From assembly GCA_937937835.1 (NCBI GenBank), contig CALDBJ010000127.1, positions 5,562-69,561 on the forward strand: DNA of 64,000 bases. Direction: 5' to 3'. A program made the position numbers and the translations under genes. The stretch comes from an uncultured Collinsella sp. (GTDB lineage: Bacteria > Actinomycetota > Coriobacteriia > Coriobacteriales > Coriobacteriaceae). The notes beneath the pieces were generated by a model, which saw only the letters and a list, made by a program, of their open reading frames with translations, was not told the origin of the DNA and did no database searches. Position 1 is the stretch's first letter; each line of letters opens with the position of its first letter. Shown here one piece after another: positions 1-10,364 of this stretch.

Positions 1-561
1 CTGACGTTTTTGTTCGATGCGGGTATTGCCGAGCGCAACGCTGCGGCTGAACCGCCGAGCGCCGGCTGGGCAGATTGCGAGCTGCGGGAATGGCTCAACG
101 GCGACGGCCTTAAGCTGCTGCCCAACGAGTTGCGCGCACTCATTAAAGGGGTCAAGAAGGTCTCGAACAATGTGGGCGCCGCCAACAGTGCATCGTGTCT
201 GAGCGAGTTGCCCGCAACCCTTTGGCTGCCCGCCATGGTCGAGCTGTGCGGTACGCAACCGCCCGATTCGTTTGCCAAGGACTATCACTACCTGGCAGAC
301 ATCTACAACGGCGAGGGCAAGGAGTATCAGCTCTTCCGCGAGCTCAAGGTGAGCCCGTATTCCACGAACGAGACGATGGTCCGCCAGTGGAAGGGCAAGG
401 ACACCTGCTGGTGGGAGCGCACGGTGAGCCCCGACTCATCGGAGACCGAAGGCACGCTCTATTTGAATCGCGTTGGACACGACGGCGACGTCTTTACGTA
501 CGCAACGCCTGCGGAAAAGCCAAACAAACGAACCTGTGTGATCCCCGGATTCTGTATCTAG
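1..561 (+). CDS. Hypothetical protein, 3' part only (DUF6273-like C-terminal domain)
   Basis: Frame is open from base 1. GWADCELREWLN, WWERT and terminal PGFCI resemble DUF6273-type domains (recognised by eye). Confidence 0.6.
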   Translation: MTFLFDAGIAERNAAAEPPSAGWADCELREWLNGDGLKLLPNELRALIKGVKKVSNNVGAANSASCLSELPATLWLPAMVELCGTQPPDSFAKDYHYLADIYNGEGKEYQLFRELKVSPYSTNETMVRQWKGKDTCWWERTVSPDSSETEGTLYLNRVGHDGDVFTYATPAEKPNKRTCVIPGFCI

Positions 562-602
562 AGAGCGGGCGTCTTGCCGTGACGGGACCCCTCCCCGGCA
601 AT

Positions 603-741
603 TGTCTCGATCTGTAACAGTTAAAACCCAAAAACCGGTCCAGATGTTACAGATCGAGACGTTAGTTTTCGGCTGAAATGTTTGTCAAAATCTGTAACAG
701 CTATGGTTCAAAAACCGGTCCAGACGTTACAGATTGAGATG
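603..741. repeat. Family A hairpin repeat, 2 units (603-661, 683-741), 80-bp period
   Basis: TGTCTCGATCTGTAACA-N25-TGTTACAGATCGAGAC, followed by a degenerate copy. Confidence 0.9.
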
Positions 742-817
742 ATTGGTTGAGACGGTCCATCGGCCAACCAATCACCCTCATCTGTAACGAAATGTCATAC
801 ATTTCTTTCTGTACTGG

Positions 818-834
818 ATACCCCCAGGGGGTAT
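818..834. promoter_or_regulatory. Probable CsoR operator upstream of copA
   Basis: Perfect palindrome ATACCCCC-A-GGGGGTAT next to a TATAGT -10-like hexamer. C/G tracts flanked by TAC/GTA are typical of CsoR sites, and csoR is in the cluster. Confidence 0.75.
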
Positions 835-892
835 GGGTGTATAGTATCGGCAGATTAACAATTTCAACACCGAACCACAGAAAGGAGAAGCC

Positions 893-3235
893 ATGGCTCA
901 AGATAAGTTCGACGTAGGCGGCATGACATGCGCCGCCTGCCAGGCGCACGTGAACCGTGCCGTGAGCAAGCTCGACGGCGTCCAAAGCGTCGCCGTCAAC
1001 CTACTCGCCGGTTCCATGATGGTCGACTACGACCCCGCGCAGGTCTCCCCCGACGATATCTGCACCGCCGTCGACCACGCGGGCTACTCGGCCTCACCCG
1101 TCGACGCAGGCACCGGTGCCGCCGGCTCAAGCGGCAGCTCGCAGGCCAGGTCTGGCGTCACCCATATGGAGTCGCCGACCAAAAAGTTGGAGGCCGCCGC
1201 CTCTGCCATGCGCACCCGCCTCATCATCTCGATCGTATTCCTCATCCCACTGTTCTACATAGGCATGGGGCACATGCTCGGCTGGCCGCTGCCCGGCATT
1301 TTCACCGACCATACCCATAGCATGACGCTCGCCCTCACCGAGCTCGTCCTGCTCATCCCCATCGTCTATGTCAACGACGCGTACTTTATCAACGGGTTTA
1401 AATCGCTCGCGCACGGCGCGCCCACCATGGACGCCCTTATTGCCGTGGGCGCGACCGCTTCCGTCGCCTGGTCGCTCTACGCCATGTTCATCATGGCCGA
1501 CCAGCTAGCCGCGGGTCAGGTCCACGAGGCCATGATGACGAGCATGGACAACTTGTATTTTGAGAGCGCAGGTACGATCTTATCGCTCGTCACCGTGGGC
1601 AAATACCTCGAGACGCGCAGCAAGTCCAAAACCGGCGGCGCTATCGAGGCACTCATCGACTTGGCACCCAAGACCGCGACCGTCGTGGCGGAAGACGGCA
1701 GTGAGACCACCGTCGACGTCGACAGCATCCTTCCCGGCCAGGTCCTGCGCGTACGCCCCGGCGAGTCCATCCCCGTCGATGGCGTGGTGCTCGAGGGCAG
1801 CTCGGCCGTGGACGAGAGTGCGCTCACCGGCGAGTCCATCCCCGTGGAAAAGACCGCCGGTGCCACCGTCAACGCCGCCACCGTGAACCGCACCGGTTCG
1901 TTTACCTTCCGCGCCACGCGGGTGGGCGCCGAGACATCACTCGCCAAGATTATCCAGCTCGTCGAGGATGCCAACGCCACCAAGGCGCCCATCGCCCGCA
2001 TGGCCGACAAGGTCGCCGGCGTGTTCGTGCCCGTGGTGTTCGTGATCTCGGCCGCGACCTTTGCGGTGTGGATGGCACTGACCGGCAGCATAAACGAGGC
2101 GCTCACCTCCGCCGTGGCCGTGCTGGTGATCAGTTGTCCGTGCGCGCTCGGCCTGGCCACGCCCGTCGCCATTATGGTGGGCACCGGCAAGGGCGCCGAG
2201 ATGGGCATTCTGTTCAAGAGCGCCGAGGCGCTGGAGAACCTGCGCAGCGTGGGCACCGTGGTGCTCGATAAGACGGGCACGGTCACCCGCGGCAAGCCTG
2301 CCGTGACCGATATCGTGGTAGCTACGCGCACTGACGGCTCGCCCGCCATGAGCGAAAAGGCGCTGCTCAAGCTGGCCGCTGCGCTGGAGCGCTCAAGCGA
2401 GCACCCGCTGGCCGAGGCGATTATGGCCGAGTGCGAGGCGCGCGGAATTGTCGCGCGCATGGTCGAGGACTTTGCCGCCGTGCCCGGTCGTGGTGTTACG
2501 GCGCGCGAGGGGCAGAATGTCATCGCCGCCGGCAACGTGCGCCTGATGGACGAGCTGGGCGCGAAGGTTCCCGCCGGCCTTGCCGAACAGTTCGCCGCCG
2601 AGGGCAAAACACCGCTGTTCTTTGCCAAGAACGGCGAGCTTGTCGGTACCATCGCCGTGGCTGACGAGGTCAAGGAGACGAGCGCCGGGGCCATCGTCGC
2701 ACTGCGCTCGCTTGGCGTCGACGTGCGCATGCTCACCGGCGACAACCGCGTGACGGCCGAGGCCATCGCCCGCCGCGTGGGGCTGAGCAGCGAACAGGTC
2801 ATCGCCGACGTCCTCCCCGCCGACAAGGAGCGCCATGTGCGCGAGCTGCAGGACACGGGCGGCAAGGTCGCCATGGTGGGCGACGGCATCAACGACTCCC
2901 CCGCCCTGGCGCGCGCCGACGTGGGCCTTGCCATCGGCACCGGCGCAGACATCGCCAAGGAGGGTGCCGACGTGGTACTCATGCGCAGCGACCTCATGGA
3001 TGTCGCCCGCGCCATCGAGCTTTCGCGCGCCACGATCCGCAACATCAAGCAGGACCTGTTCTGGGCGCTGTTCTACAACGGCATCGGCATTCCGCTCGCC
3101 GCGGGCATGTTCTTCCCGCTCACCGGGTGGCAGCTCTCGCCGATGTTTGGCGCCGCGGCCATGAGCCTGTCGAGCGTATGCGTCGTGTCCAACGCGCTGC
3201 GCTTAAAATCCTTTAAGCCAAAAGTGGCAAAATAA
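893..3235 (+). CDS. copA: Copper-translocating P1B-type ATPase
   Basis: N-terminal GMTCAAC HMA motif; [27 protein letters not shown] and MxxSS Cu(I) signatures. Confidence 0.95.
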   Translation: MAQDKFDVGGMTCAACQAHVNRAVSKLDGVQSVAVNLLAGSMMVDYDPAQVSPDDICTAVDHAGYSASPVDAGTGAAGSSGSSQARSGVTHMESPTKKLEAAASAMRTRLIISIVFLIPLFYIGMGHMLGWPLPGIFTDHTHSMTLALTELVLLIPIVYVNDAYFINGFKSLAHGAPTMDALIAVGATASVAWSLYAMFIMADQLAAGQVHEAMMTSMDNLYFESAGTILSLVTVGKYLETRSKSKTGGAIEALIDLAPKTATVVAEDGSETTVDVDSILPGQVLRVRPGESIPVDGVVLEGSSAVDESALTGESIPVEKTAGATVNAATVNRTGSFTFRATRVGAETSLAKIIQLVEDANATKAPIARMADKVAGVFVPVVFVISAATFAVWMALTGSINEALTSAVAVLVISCPCALGLATPVAIMVGTGKGAEMGILFKSAEALENLRSVGTVVLDKTGTVTRGKPAVTDIVVATRTDGSPAMSEKALLKLAAALERSSEHPLAEAIMAECEARGIVARMVEDFAAVPGRGVTAREGQNVIAAGNVRLMDELGAKVPAGLAEQFAAEGKTPLFFAKNGELVGTIAVADEVKETSAGAIVALRSLGVDVRMLTGDNRVTAEAIARRVGLSSEQVIADVLPADKERHVRELQDTGGKVAMVGDGINDSPALARADVGLAIGTGADIAKEGADVVLMRSDLMDVARAIELSRATIRNIKQDLFWALFYNGIGIPLAAGMFFPLTGWQLSPMFGAAAMSLSSVCVVSNALRLKSFKPKVAK

Positions 3236-3382
3236 GCTCACCATTAAGTCCATTTAGAACGGGTTTTCCAGGTGCCCGAGATTGACCTGAAAGAGGAGCG
3301 ACGCGTACTTTGGTACGCGAGCGACGGCTTGAAGGTCAAGGTCGGGTGCCTGGGAAAGCCGACACAACAGAGAGGAATACCC

Positions 3383-3604
3383 ATGCGATACACAATCAAG
3401 ACTTCCGGCCTTATGTGCGGCCACTGCGACGCTACTGTCGAGACGGCACTGCTCAACGTTGCCGGCGTGACCGACGCCGACGCCGACCATGAGACCCAGA
3501 CCGTCCAGGTAGAGTGCGCCGACACCGTGACCGCCGAGCAGCTCGCTGCCGCCGTCGAGGGCGCCGGCGAGAAGTTCCACGCCCTGTCCGTGACCGCAGC
3601 CTAG
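3383..3604 (+). CDS. copZ: Copper chaperone (HMA domain)
   Basis: 73 aa with an MCGHC motif; GAGGA RBS before the ATG at 3383; follows copA. Confidence 0.85.
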   Translation: MRYTIKTSGLMCGHCDATVETALLNVAGVTDADADHETQTVQVECADTVTAEQLAAAVEGAGEKFHALSVTAA

Positions 3605-3692
3605 CTGCCACCGCACCAGCAGGCACCGCTGTCGGCCGACATAGCCGGCCGACATAGCCGCTCGGCAACCGCCACTCGACCAACCCTTCAGA

Positions 3693-3759
3693 AGTTGCGC
3701 TGAAATAGTTCCTGTTTTAGCGCTCCAAGCCCTCAATCAAGAACTATTTCACCGCAACT
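3693..3759. repeat. Family B hairpin repeat (67 bp)
   Basis: AGTTGCGCTGAAATAGTTC...GAACTATTTCACCGCAACT; four more copies in the window. Confidence 0.9.
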
Positions 3760-3803
3760 GAGGGCGAGGTATTTGAAGGATCGACCAGAAACGAGGACCC
3801 GCC

Positions 3804-4076
3804 ATGATGGCAGACCACAAATCGGTGACCCGTATGCTCAAAACGGCACGTGGTCAGATCGACGGCATCTTGCGGATGGTCGATGAGGACCGCTATTGCG
3901 TCGATATCTCCACGCAGCTCATGGCCACACAGGCGCTCATCGCTCGCATCAACGCCGATGTGCTGAAAGCTCACATCGAGGGCTGCGTCGCCTCGGCCAT
4001 CGAATCAGGCGACGAGGAGCTCAAGGCAGCCAAGCTCGCCGAGATCGAACGCGTCGTCGACAAACTCGCCAAGTAA
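3804..4076 (+). CDS. csoR: Metal-sensing repressor, CsoR/RcnR family
   Basis: RMLKTARGQIDGI..EDRYCVDI..HIEGC gives the Cys-His-Cys ligand set; lies in the cop cluster. Confidence 0.9.
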   Translation: MMADHKSVTRMLKTARGQIDGILRMVDEDRYCVDISTQLMATQALIARINADVLKAHIEGCVASAIESGDEELKAAKLAEIERVVDKLAK

Positions 4077-4078
4077 TT

Positions 4079-4172
4079 GGTGCAAGGGAGTCAGGTTACT
4101 TTGCACCGTCTTGGTGTTCCGGGGACAGGTATGTTTGCACCACCTTGGTGCAGATTAACCTGTCCCCCTTGC
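4079..4172. repeat. Family D small hairpins (GGTGC stems, GGGACAGGT loop), 3 units
   Basis: GGTGCAA-GGGAGTCAGGTTACT-TTGCACC; GGTG-TTCCGGGGACAGGTATGTTTG-CACC; inverted unit containing AACCTGTCCCC. Confidence 0.65.
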
Positions 4173-4222
4173 TCTAAATCGGGTATAAAGGCGTGCAGTA
4201 TATCGAACGAAAGGCAATTTGC

Positions 4223-4696
4223 ATGAATGACTTTATGAAGGGTCGCAATGGTGCTGACGAGCTCACCATCGTGATGGGTTTTGCCGGCATCGTCATCGCG
4301 ATGATCGGATCGATGACCCGCATCCAGTGGCTCAGCTGGATCGCCATCGCCGTCATCGTAATTGGTGTGCTGCGCGGCCTGTCCAAAAATACCGATGCAC
4401 GTCGCAAGGAGAACAAGGCCTTTGTCGCTGCGACCGCCAATGTCCCCGGCTTGGGCAAGTTCGTCGCCAGTTTGGGCGGCGGCGCTGCAGCGGCCAGCAC
4501 CTCACGCGCGGCCGGCACCAGCAAGGAGGACTTTGAGCGTGCCAAACGCACGGCTAAGAAGATGTGGAAGGGCCGCAAGACCACGGCATACCTCAAGTGC
4601 CCCAACTGTGGCCAAATGCTCTCCGTCCCCAAGGGCAAAGGCAAGATCCGCGTCACCTGCCCCAAGTGCCACGCCAAGATGGAAACGCGCTCATAG
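4223..4696 (+). CDS. Membrane protein with C-terminal zinc finger
   Basis: Two hydrophobic helices after FMKGRNGAD; CPNC...CPKC. Confidence 0.8.
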   Translation: MNDFMKGRNGADELTIVMGFAGIVIAMIGSMTRIQWLSWIAIAVIVIGVLRGLSKNTDARRKENKAFVAATANVPGLGKFVASLGGGAAAASTSRAAGTSKEDFERAKRTAKKMWKGRKTTAYLKCPNCGQMLSVPKGKGKIRVTCPKCHAKMETRS

Positions 4697-4717
4697 CCGC
4701 CATACCATGGGACAAAT

Positions 4718-4753
4718 AAAAGCCGAGGCCTCGCACTGGGACCTCGGCTTTTT
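4718..4753. terminator. Bidirectional intrinsic terminator
   Basis: AAAAGCCGAGG...CCTCGGCTTTTT between convergent genes. Confidence 0.75.
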
Positions 4754-4803
4754 CTGATTATGACAAAAGGATTGTCCCTTTGTCGCATCGCCATATCGCG
4801 CGC

Positions 4804-6174
4804 TTACGCCACGCCGTCGCGGGCGAGCTCCTCGGCCAGCGCCTCGGCCGGCATTGCCATAATCGTGTCGAGCTCGGCGTCCACCTCGGGAATATGCTTC
4901 ACCTTGAGCTTGCGCACCAGATCGCCACGGCACATCACGTGCATCGGCTCACGCAGGGCGCACGGGTCATCGAGCGGGTTCTTGCGCGTCACCAAAATGT
5001 CGGCGGCCTTACCGCACTCGATTGTGCCGGTCTCGCCGCCCAGCCCCAGTAGCTCGGCATTGACTTGCGTGGCCGTATGCAGCGCGAAGGCGTTGCTCAC
5101 GCCGACATACTTGGCAAAATAGGCCACTTCACGCCACATGTCATACTGCGTCACAAACGGGCAGCTCGAATCTGTGCCAAGGCCCACCTTAACGCCAGCT
5201 TCCAGTGCGGCACGAGCGCTCTCGATAATGCCCGAGCACACGATATCGCCGTTCTTCTTTTGCGTATCGGTCGAATGGGTCTTTTCCGGGTCGAGCAATA
5301 CAAACGGCAGCGCCGGGCTGATGGTGCAGGTCACGCTGGGCGCACGTCCCTCGAGCTGCGTGCCCGCGGCGCCGCGGTACAGTTCCAAGATCTCAGGAGT
5401 CATCGGGGCACCGTGCTCGATTGTGTCAACGCCGGCCTCAAGCGCGGCCTTCACGCCTTCGGTGCTCTCGACATGGGCCATAACCGGCAGGCCCACCTCG
5501 TGCGCAGCCTTGCACGCCGCCGCGGCAACCTCCACCGGCATACGCAGCACGCCCGGCTCGCCCACCTCGGTCGCGTCGAACACGCCGCCCGTCACGAACA
5601 GCTTAATGACGTCGGCACCGCGCGCATACAGGTCGCGCACCTGTTCGACTGCCTCGGCGGGGGTATTTGCGACCTGCGCGAACAGCCCCGCGCCGTGGCC
5701 ACCCGGCACCGTGACGCCCGTTCCCGGCGCCACCAGGCGAGGACCTCGATACTTGCCGGCATCGATAGCATCGCGCACGGCCAGATCGGCAAACAGCGGG
5801 TCGCCCGCACCGCGCACCGTAGTCACGCCACTTGCCAGTTGTTGTTGGGCGCTGCCCTTAAGAATATGGCGCACGATGGCGCGCCCCACGGGATTATCGA
5901 GCTTCTTCATCAGCGCGCCCGCATCGCCCGCCGAAACCGGCTTGCCCGAACCGCACAGATGCACATGCATATTGATGAGACCGGGCATGAGATACGCACC
6001 CGCCAGGTCGATAACCTCGGCACCCGCAGGCGCCTGCGCCACAGCACTCGGCCCCATCCACGTGATGACACCGCGCTCAACAGTCACGGCTATATCGGGT
6101 TGCGGCTCCATATGCTCCGAACCATCCAGAATGGTCGCATTGATAAACAACGTAGAACGATCGGCAGACGCCAT
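4804..6174 (-). CDS. Metal-dependent amidohydrolase (imidazolonepropionase/prolidase-like)
   Basis: MPGLINMHVH, DVIK, MAH, TIEHG and GTD motifs; GGAGGAG RBS before the ATG at 6174. Confidence 0.9.
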   Translation of the reverse strand: MASADRSTLFINATILDGSEHMEPQPDIAVTVERGVITWMGPSAVAQAPAGAEVIDLAGAYLMPGLINMHVHLCGSGKPVSAGDAGALMKKLDNPVGRAIVRHILKGSAQQQLASGVTTVRGAGDPLFADLAVRDAIDAGKYRGPRLVAPGTGVTVPGGHGAGLFAQVANTPAEAVEQVRDLYARGADVIKLFVTGGVFDATEVGEPGVLRMPVEVAAAACKAAHEVGLPVMAHVESTEGVKAALEAGVDTIEHGAPMTPEILELYRGAAGTQLEGRAPSVTCTISPALPFVLLDPEKTHSTDTQKKNGDIVCSGIIESARAALEAGVKVGLGTDSSCPFVTQYDMWREVAYFAKYVGVSNAFALHTATQVNAELLGLGGETGTIECGKAADILVTRKNPLDDPCALREPMHVMCRGDLVRKLKVKHIPEVDAELDTIMAMPAEALAEELARDGVA

Positions 6175-6322
6175 ATCGAGCTCCTCCCTCGCAATTAACT
6201 TGAACATTTGTCCATTATCACCTAATGCAGCGAACTAAAGTCAAACATATCGGTTAACGGAGGGAAGAGGGGATGTGGGGGACGGAATACGTTGCAGTCC
6301 CACCCCAGCAACATCAGGGGAA

Positions 6323-6381
6323 TGTCTCGATCTGTAACAGGTACAGGGTTATTGGGCCCCCTGATGTTACAGATCGAGACA
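6323..6381. repeat. Family A hairpin repeat, single unit
   Basis: Perfect 17-bp inverted arms TGTCTCGATCTGTAACA / TGTTACAGATCGAGACA with a 25-bp loop; 7 bp from the stop codon of 6389-7432. Confidence 0.95.
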
Positions 6382-6388
6382 AAACCTC

Positions 6389-7432
6389 TCAGCGCCCATA
6401 CCACTGACGTCTCCACTCCTCAGCCAAATCGGGCCGTCGCGGAATACCCGCCAACCTCATCTTTTCAGCCAGCTTCCCCGGGTTCTTGAGTTCATCAAAC
6501 GTAAACCGAAGCACCTTGTGCCCGAGCATCGTCAGATGGGACTCTCGCTGACGTTCTGCCACGAATGGGTCGACCGACTCCCGACCCTCGCCGTTCTGCA
6601 AGGTGTACTTCCCCTTTCCGTCGAGCTCGCCGATGACACACGTCCCGTCCATGAGCCGCCAAAAATAGTCGACGCGAAACGCCTGGCTCGGATCGAGCGG
6701 GTCGCGAAACTCCACCTGCAGCTCCGGAACTGGAAAGCCGTACGCAATAAAGAACGCTCGGAACCGAGACTCGCCGCCGTTTTCGGACAGCCCGTCCGCA
6801 TACGACGCAATCACCTGTGCCCTGCGATACCCTCGCCTGCCCTCGCAATCGGCGCGGAGGCGCTCGCACAAATCCCAACGTGATACGCCTTTCGCCCGCA
6901 GTGCAGAATCGGCAATCGCCAACCCGTAGGAGAACGGCGCACGCAGTAAGCAATCCTCCACCGTGCGCCAAAACGACGTCACCTGCACGCCGTCGGCTTG
7001 TTCAAGTGCACCCGCCGCCTGCGGACGCAACAGCCGACATCCTGCACTCAGCGGCACCGAGCAACCCGTCTTAACAAGATATCGTGGCCCGAGCAGATCA
7101 TTCGGCACCTCCAGACCCCACAAAAGCGCCGCGTCATAGCCCCAAAACGCCCAATCGGGATGAAACTCCGCAAGCCCTTTGATAGTCCTTAGCGCTCGCT
7201 CCGCCGGCGTCAATGCATCCCAATCATGCTGAAAACAGAACAGGTACGGCTCGGGCTCCGCGATATCGTCGGTTCCAACATGGCGTCGCAGCCACATGAG
7301 CTCGGTATTGTCATGCGTTGCGAGCAGCGCACCTTGCTTGGCCGTCTCCGTGAGCCGCGCGAGCATCCTATTCCGCGCCAACGTGTTGCGAGTCGCATGT
7401 TTGTGTTTGAGAACGGTATTAGACACTTTCAT
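6389..7432 (-). CDS. AbiEi-like / Vsr(DUF559)-like putative endonuclease
   Basis: AALLWGL and VTSFWRTVEDC (AbiEi C-terminal-like), then SENGGESRFR, PELQVEF, FRVDYFW, IGELDGKGKY, ERQRE and VLRF (PD-(D/E)xK Vsr-like). Start uncertain (7432, 7459 or 7483). Confidence 0.7.
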   Translation of the reverse strand: MKVSNTVLKHKHATRNTLARNRMLARLTETAKQGALLATHDNTELMWLRRHVGTDDIAEPEPYLFCFQHDWDALTPAERALRTIKGLAEFHPDWAFWGYDAALLWGLEVPNDLLGPRYLVKTGCSVPLSAGCRLLRPQAAGALEQADGVQVTSFWRTVEDCLLRAPFSYGLAIADSALRAKGVSRWDLCERLRADCEGRRGYRRAQVIASYADGLSENGGESRFRAFFIAYGFPVPELQVEFRDPLDPSQAFRVDYFWRLMDGTCVIGELDGKGKYTLQNGEGRESVDPFVAERQRESHLTMLGHKVLRFTFDELKNPGKLAEKMRLAGIPRRPDLAEEWRRQWYGR

Positions 7433-7484
7433 CACCACCACGTCAGACAAATGGACCATCGTCACCGTTGCCTCCGCTGACAAA

Positions 7485-7782
7485 TGTCTTGATCTGTAAC
7501 AGGAAGACAGTCTTTGAGCCTCTAGTTGTTACAGAACAAGATCTTTCGGCAGCCGCCAACCTTTGTCTCAATCTGTAACAGGTAGGTCGAATTTGGGCCT
7601 GTAGATGTTACAGATTGAGACATTCCCCCAACCAGGTGCCAAACGTCTCGGTCTGTAACAGTTAGACGTTCTCCAGGCCCCCAAACGTTACAGATTTAGA
7701 CAAACCAGCGGCACCCAAGCGTTCGTCTCGATCTGTAACAGGTAGACCGGTTTTTTGTCCCTAAACGTTACAGATCGAGACA
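7485..7782. repeat. Family A array, 4 units (starts 7485, 7564, 7644, 7724)
   Basis: 59-bp units with 20-21-bp linkers; loops and linkers differ in sequence. Confidence 0.95.
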
Positions 7783-7817
7783 AATAGACACGCGGCGGCG
7801 CTGCGACAGCCCATCCC

Positions 7818-8525
7818 CTACTCCCAGTCCTGCTCGTAGATGTTGAGGGACTTTACGTAGCGCCCCTGGGCGCCCATGATGTCGCGGACCAGGCGCAAAA
7901 AGAAGCTGATGCACGAGGTGTCAAAGCCGTCCTGCAGGTCCTCCGGATGCACCTCACCCGGCCCATCGACCGCCGTATCACTCAGGCGCGCGATGTCATA
8001 CAGATAGAGCTGCCCCGCCGTCAGCCAGACATCGTCGACGCACGAGAGCCGCACCGCGATCGCACCATCGTTCCAGTGCTCTTTTTGCACGATATGTGGG
8101 TCGTAGACATCAAAGCGACGGTCGGTGCGCGTGTCCTTCAGCGCGACCATACCAGTCGCAGGATCCTTGTCCAAAATGCCAAAGCGCGAGAAATACTGCG
8201 TGTCGCGTACCTGCTCGAGCCGCTTGAGCGAGGCAGGCGAAAGCGATGCCGGCGGCTCGTCAACATACAGCTCGAGCAGCGTCTTGCCATGGCGATAGGG
8301 GCGCTCGAAGAGCAGCCAATCGGTAAATGCCATGTTGTAGGCCATGATTTCGTTTTGCGAAGGCTCGGTGCAATAGCTGAGCCACGGGTCGACAATGATC
8401 TCGAACTGTTCACGCGCCGGCTCCAAAAACTGGAACTTCCGCAGCATCCAAAAATGGGCCATGTCGGCAATATCGTTGCCGACGGCTTCGGCCAGCTGCG
8501 CTCGATCTAAAGCGTAATCAGTCAT
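7818..8525 (-). CDS. Hypothetical protein (235 aa)
   Basis: Acidic, protein-like ORF with a GAGGAGG RBS; no family recognised. Confidence 0.75.
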   Translation of the reverse strand: MTDYALDRAQLAEAVGNDIADMAHFWMLRKFQFLEPAREQFEIIVDPWLSYCTEPSQNEIMAYNMAFTDWLLFERPYRHGKTLLELYVDEPPASLSPASLKRLEQVRDTQYFSRFGILDKDPATGMVALKDTRTDRRFDVYDPHIVQKEHWNDGAIAVRLSCVDDVWLTAGQLYLYDIARLSDTAVDGPGEVHPEDLQDGFDTSCISFFLRLVRDIMGAQGRYVKSLNIYEQDWE

Positions 8526-8810
8526 GGCATCCTCCTCAAACTGATGGACCTCAATTTGAGCTTACGAGGAGGGTGGGCAGCCACGACCAGCGCGGGCAAA
8601 ATAGGCCTCCGGCTGCAAACCAGATGCTGACCAAACACTTGACGAAAAGCTTGACCGAAAATGCGCACTGGAACAAAACCGCAGGTAAACATAGACGGCC
8701 AATCCGCCCTATTGAGCCAAGCGCCCCCGGCCACCACAGAAACAGCAGAGCACCACAGCTCAAGAAGACGCCGAATGGACACTCGCGCGTCGACAAACGA
8801 ACGAACCGCT

Positions 8811-8875
8811 CGCAAAGAGTGTCCCCAACGACTAGACAAAAATGACCAGTCATTGGGGACGTTCTTAAATGACTA
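8811..8875. repeat. Family C GGGGAC repeat
   Basis: AAGAGTGTCCCCAACGACTAG and AGTCATTGGGGACGTTCTTAAATGACT; near-identical pieces at about 39963 and 41030. Confidence 0.8.
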
Positions 8876-8877
8876 CT

Positions 8878-10359
<1,482 letters not shown>

Positions 10360-10364
10360 GGCAC

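Noticed and set aside
3635..3660. Short tandem duplication GCCGACATAGCCG after copZ
   Set aside because: Only two copies and not seen elsewhere; probably a local slippage event.
6323..6381. Integron attC ('59-base element')
   Set aside because: Length and TAAC/GTTA are suggestive, but the arms lack the terminal RYYYAAC/GTTRRRY arrangement and extrahelical bases, and no integron integrase is present.
7485..7782. CRISPR array (also 17574-17871)
   Set aside because: Units are degenerate inverted pairs. The variable segments share motifs and alternate between 25 and 21 bp, copies are dispersed singly, and no cas genes are in the window.
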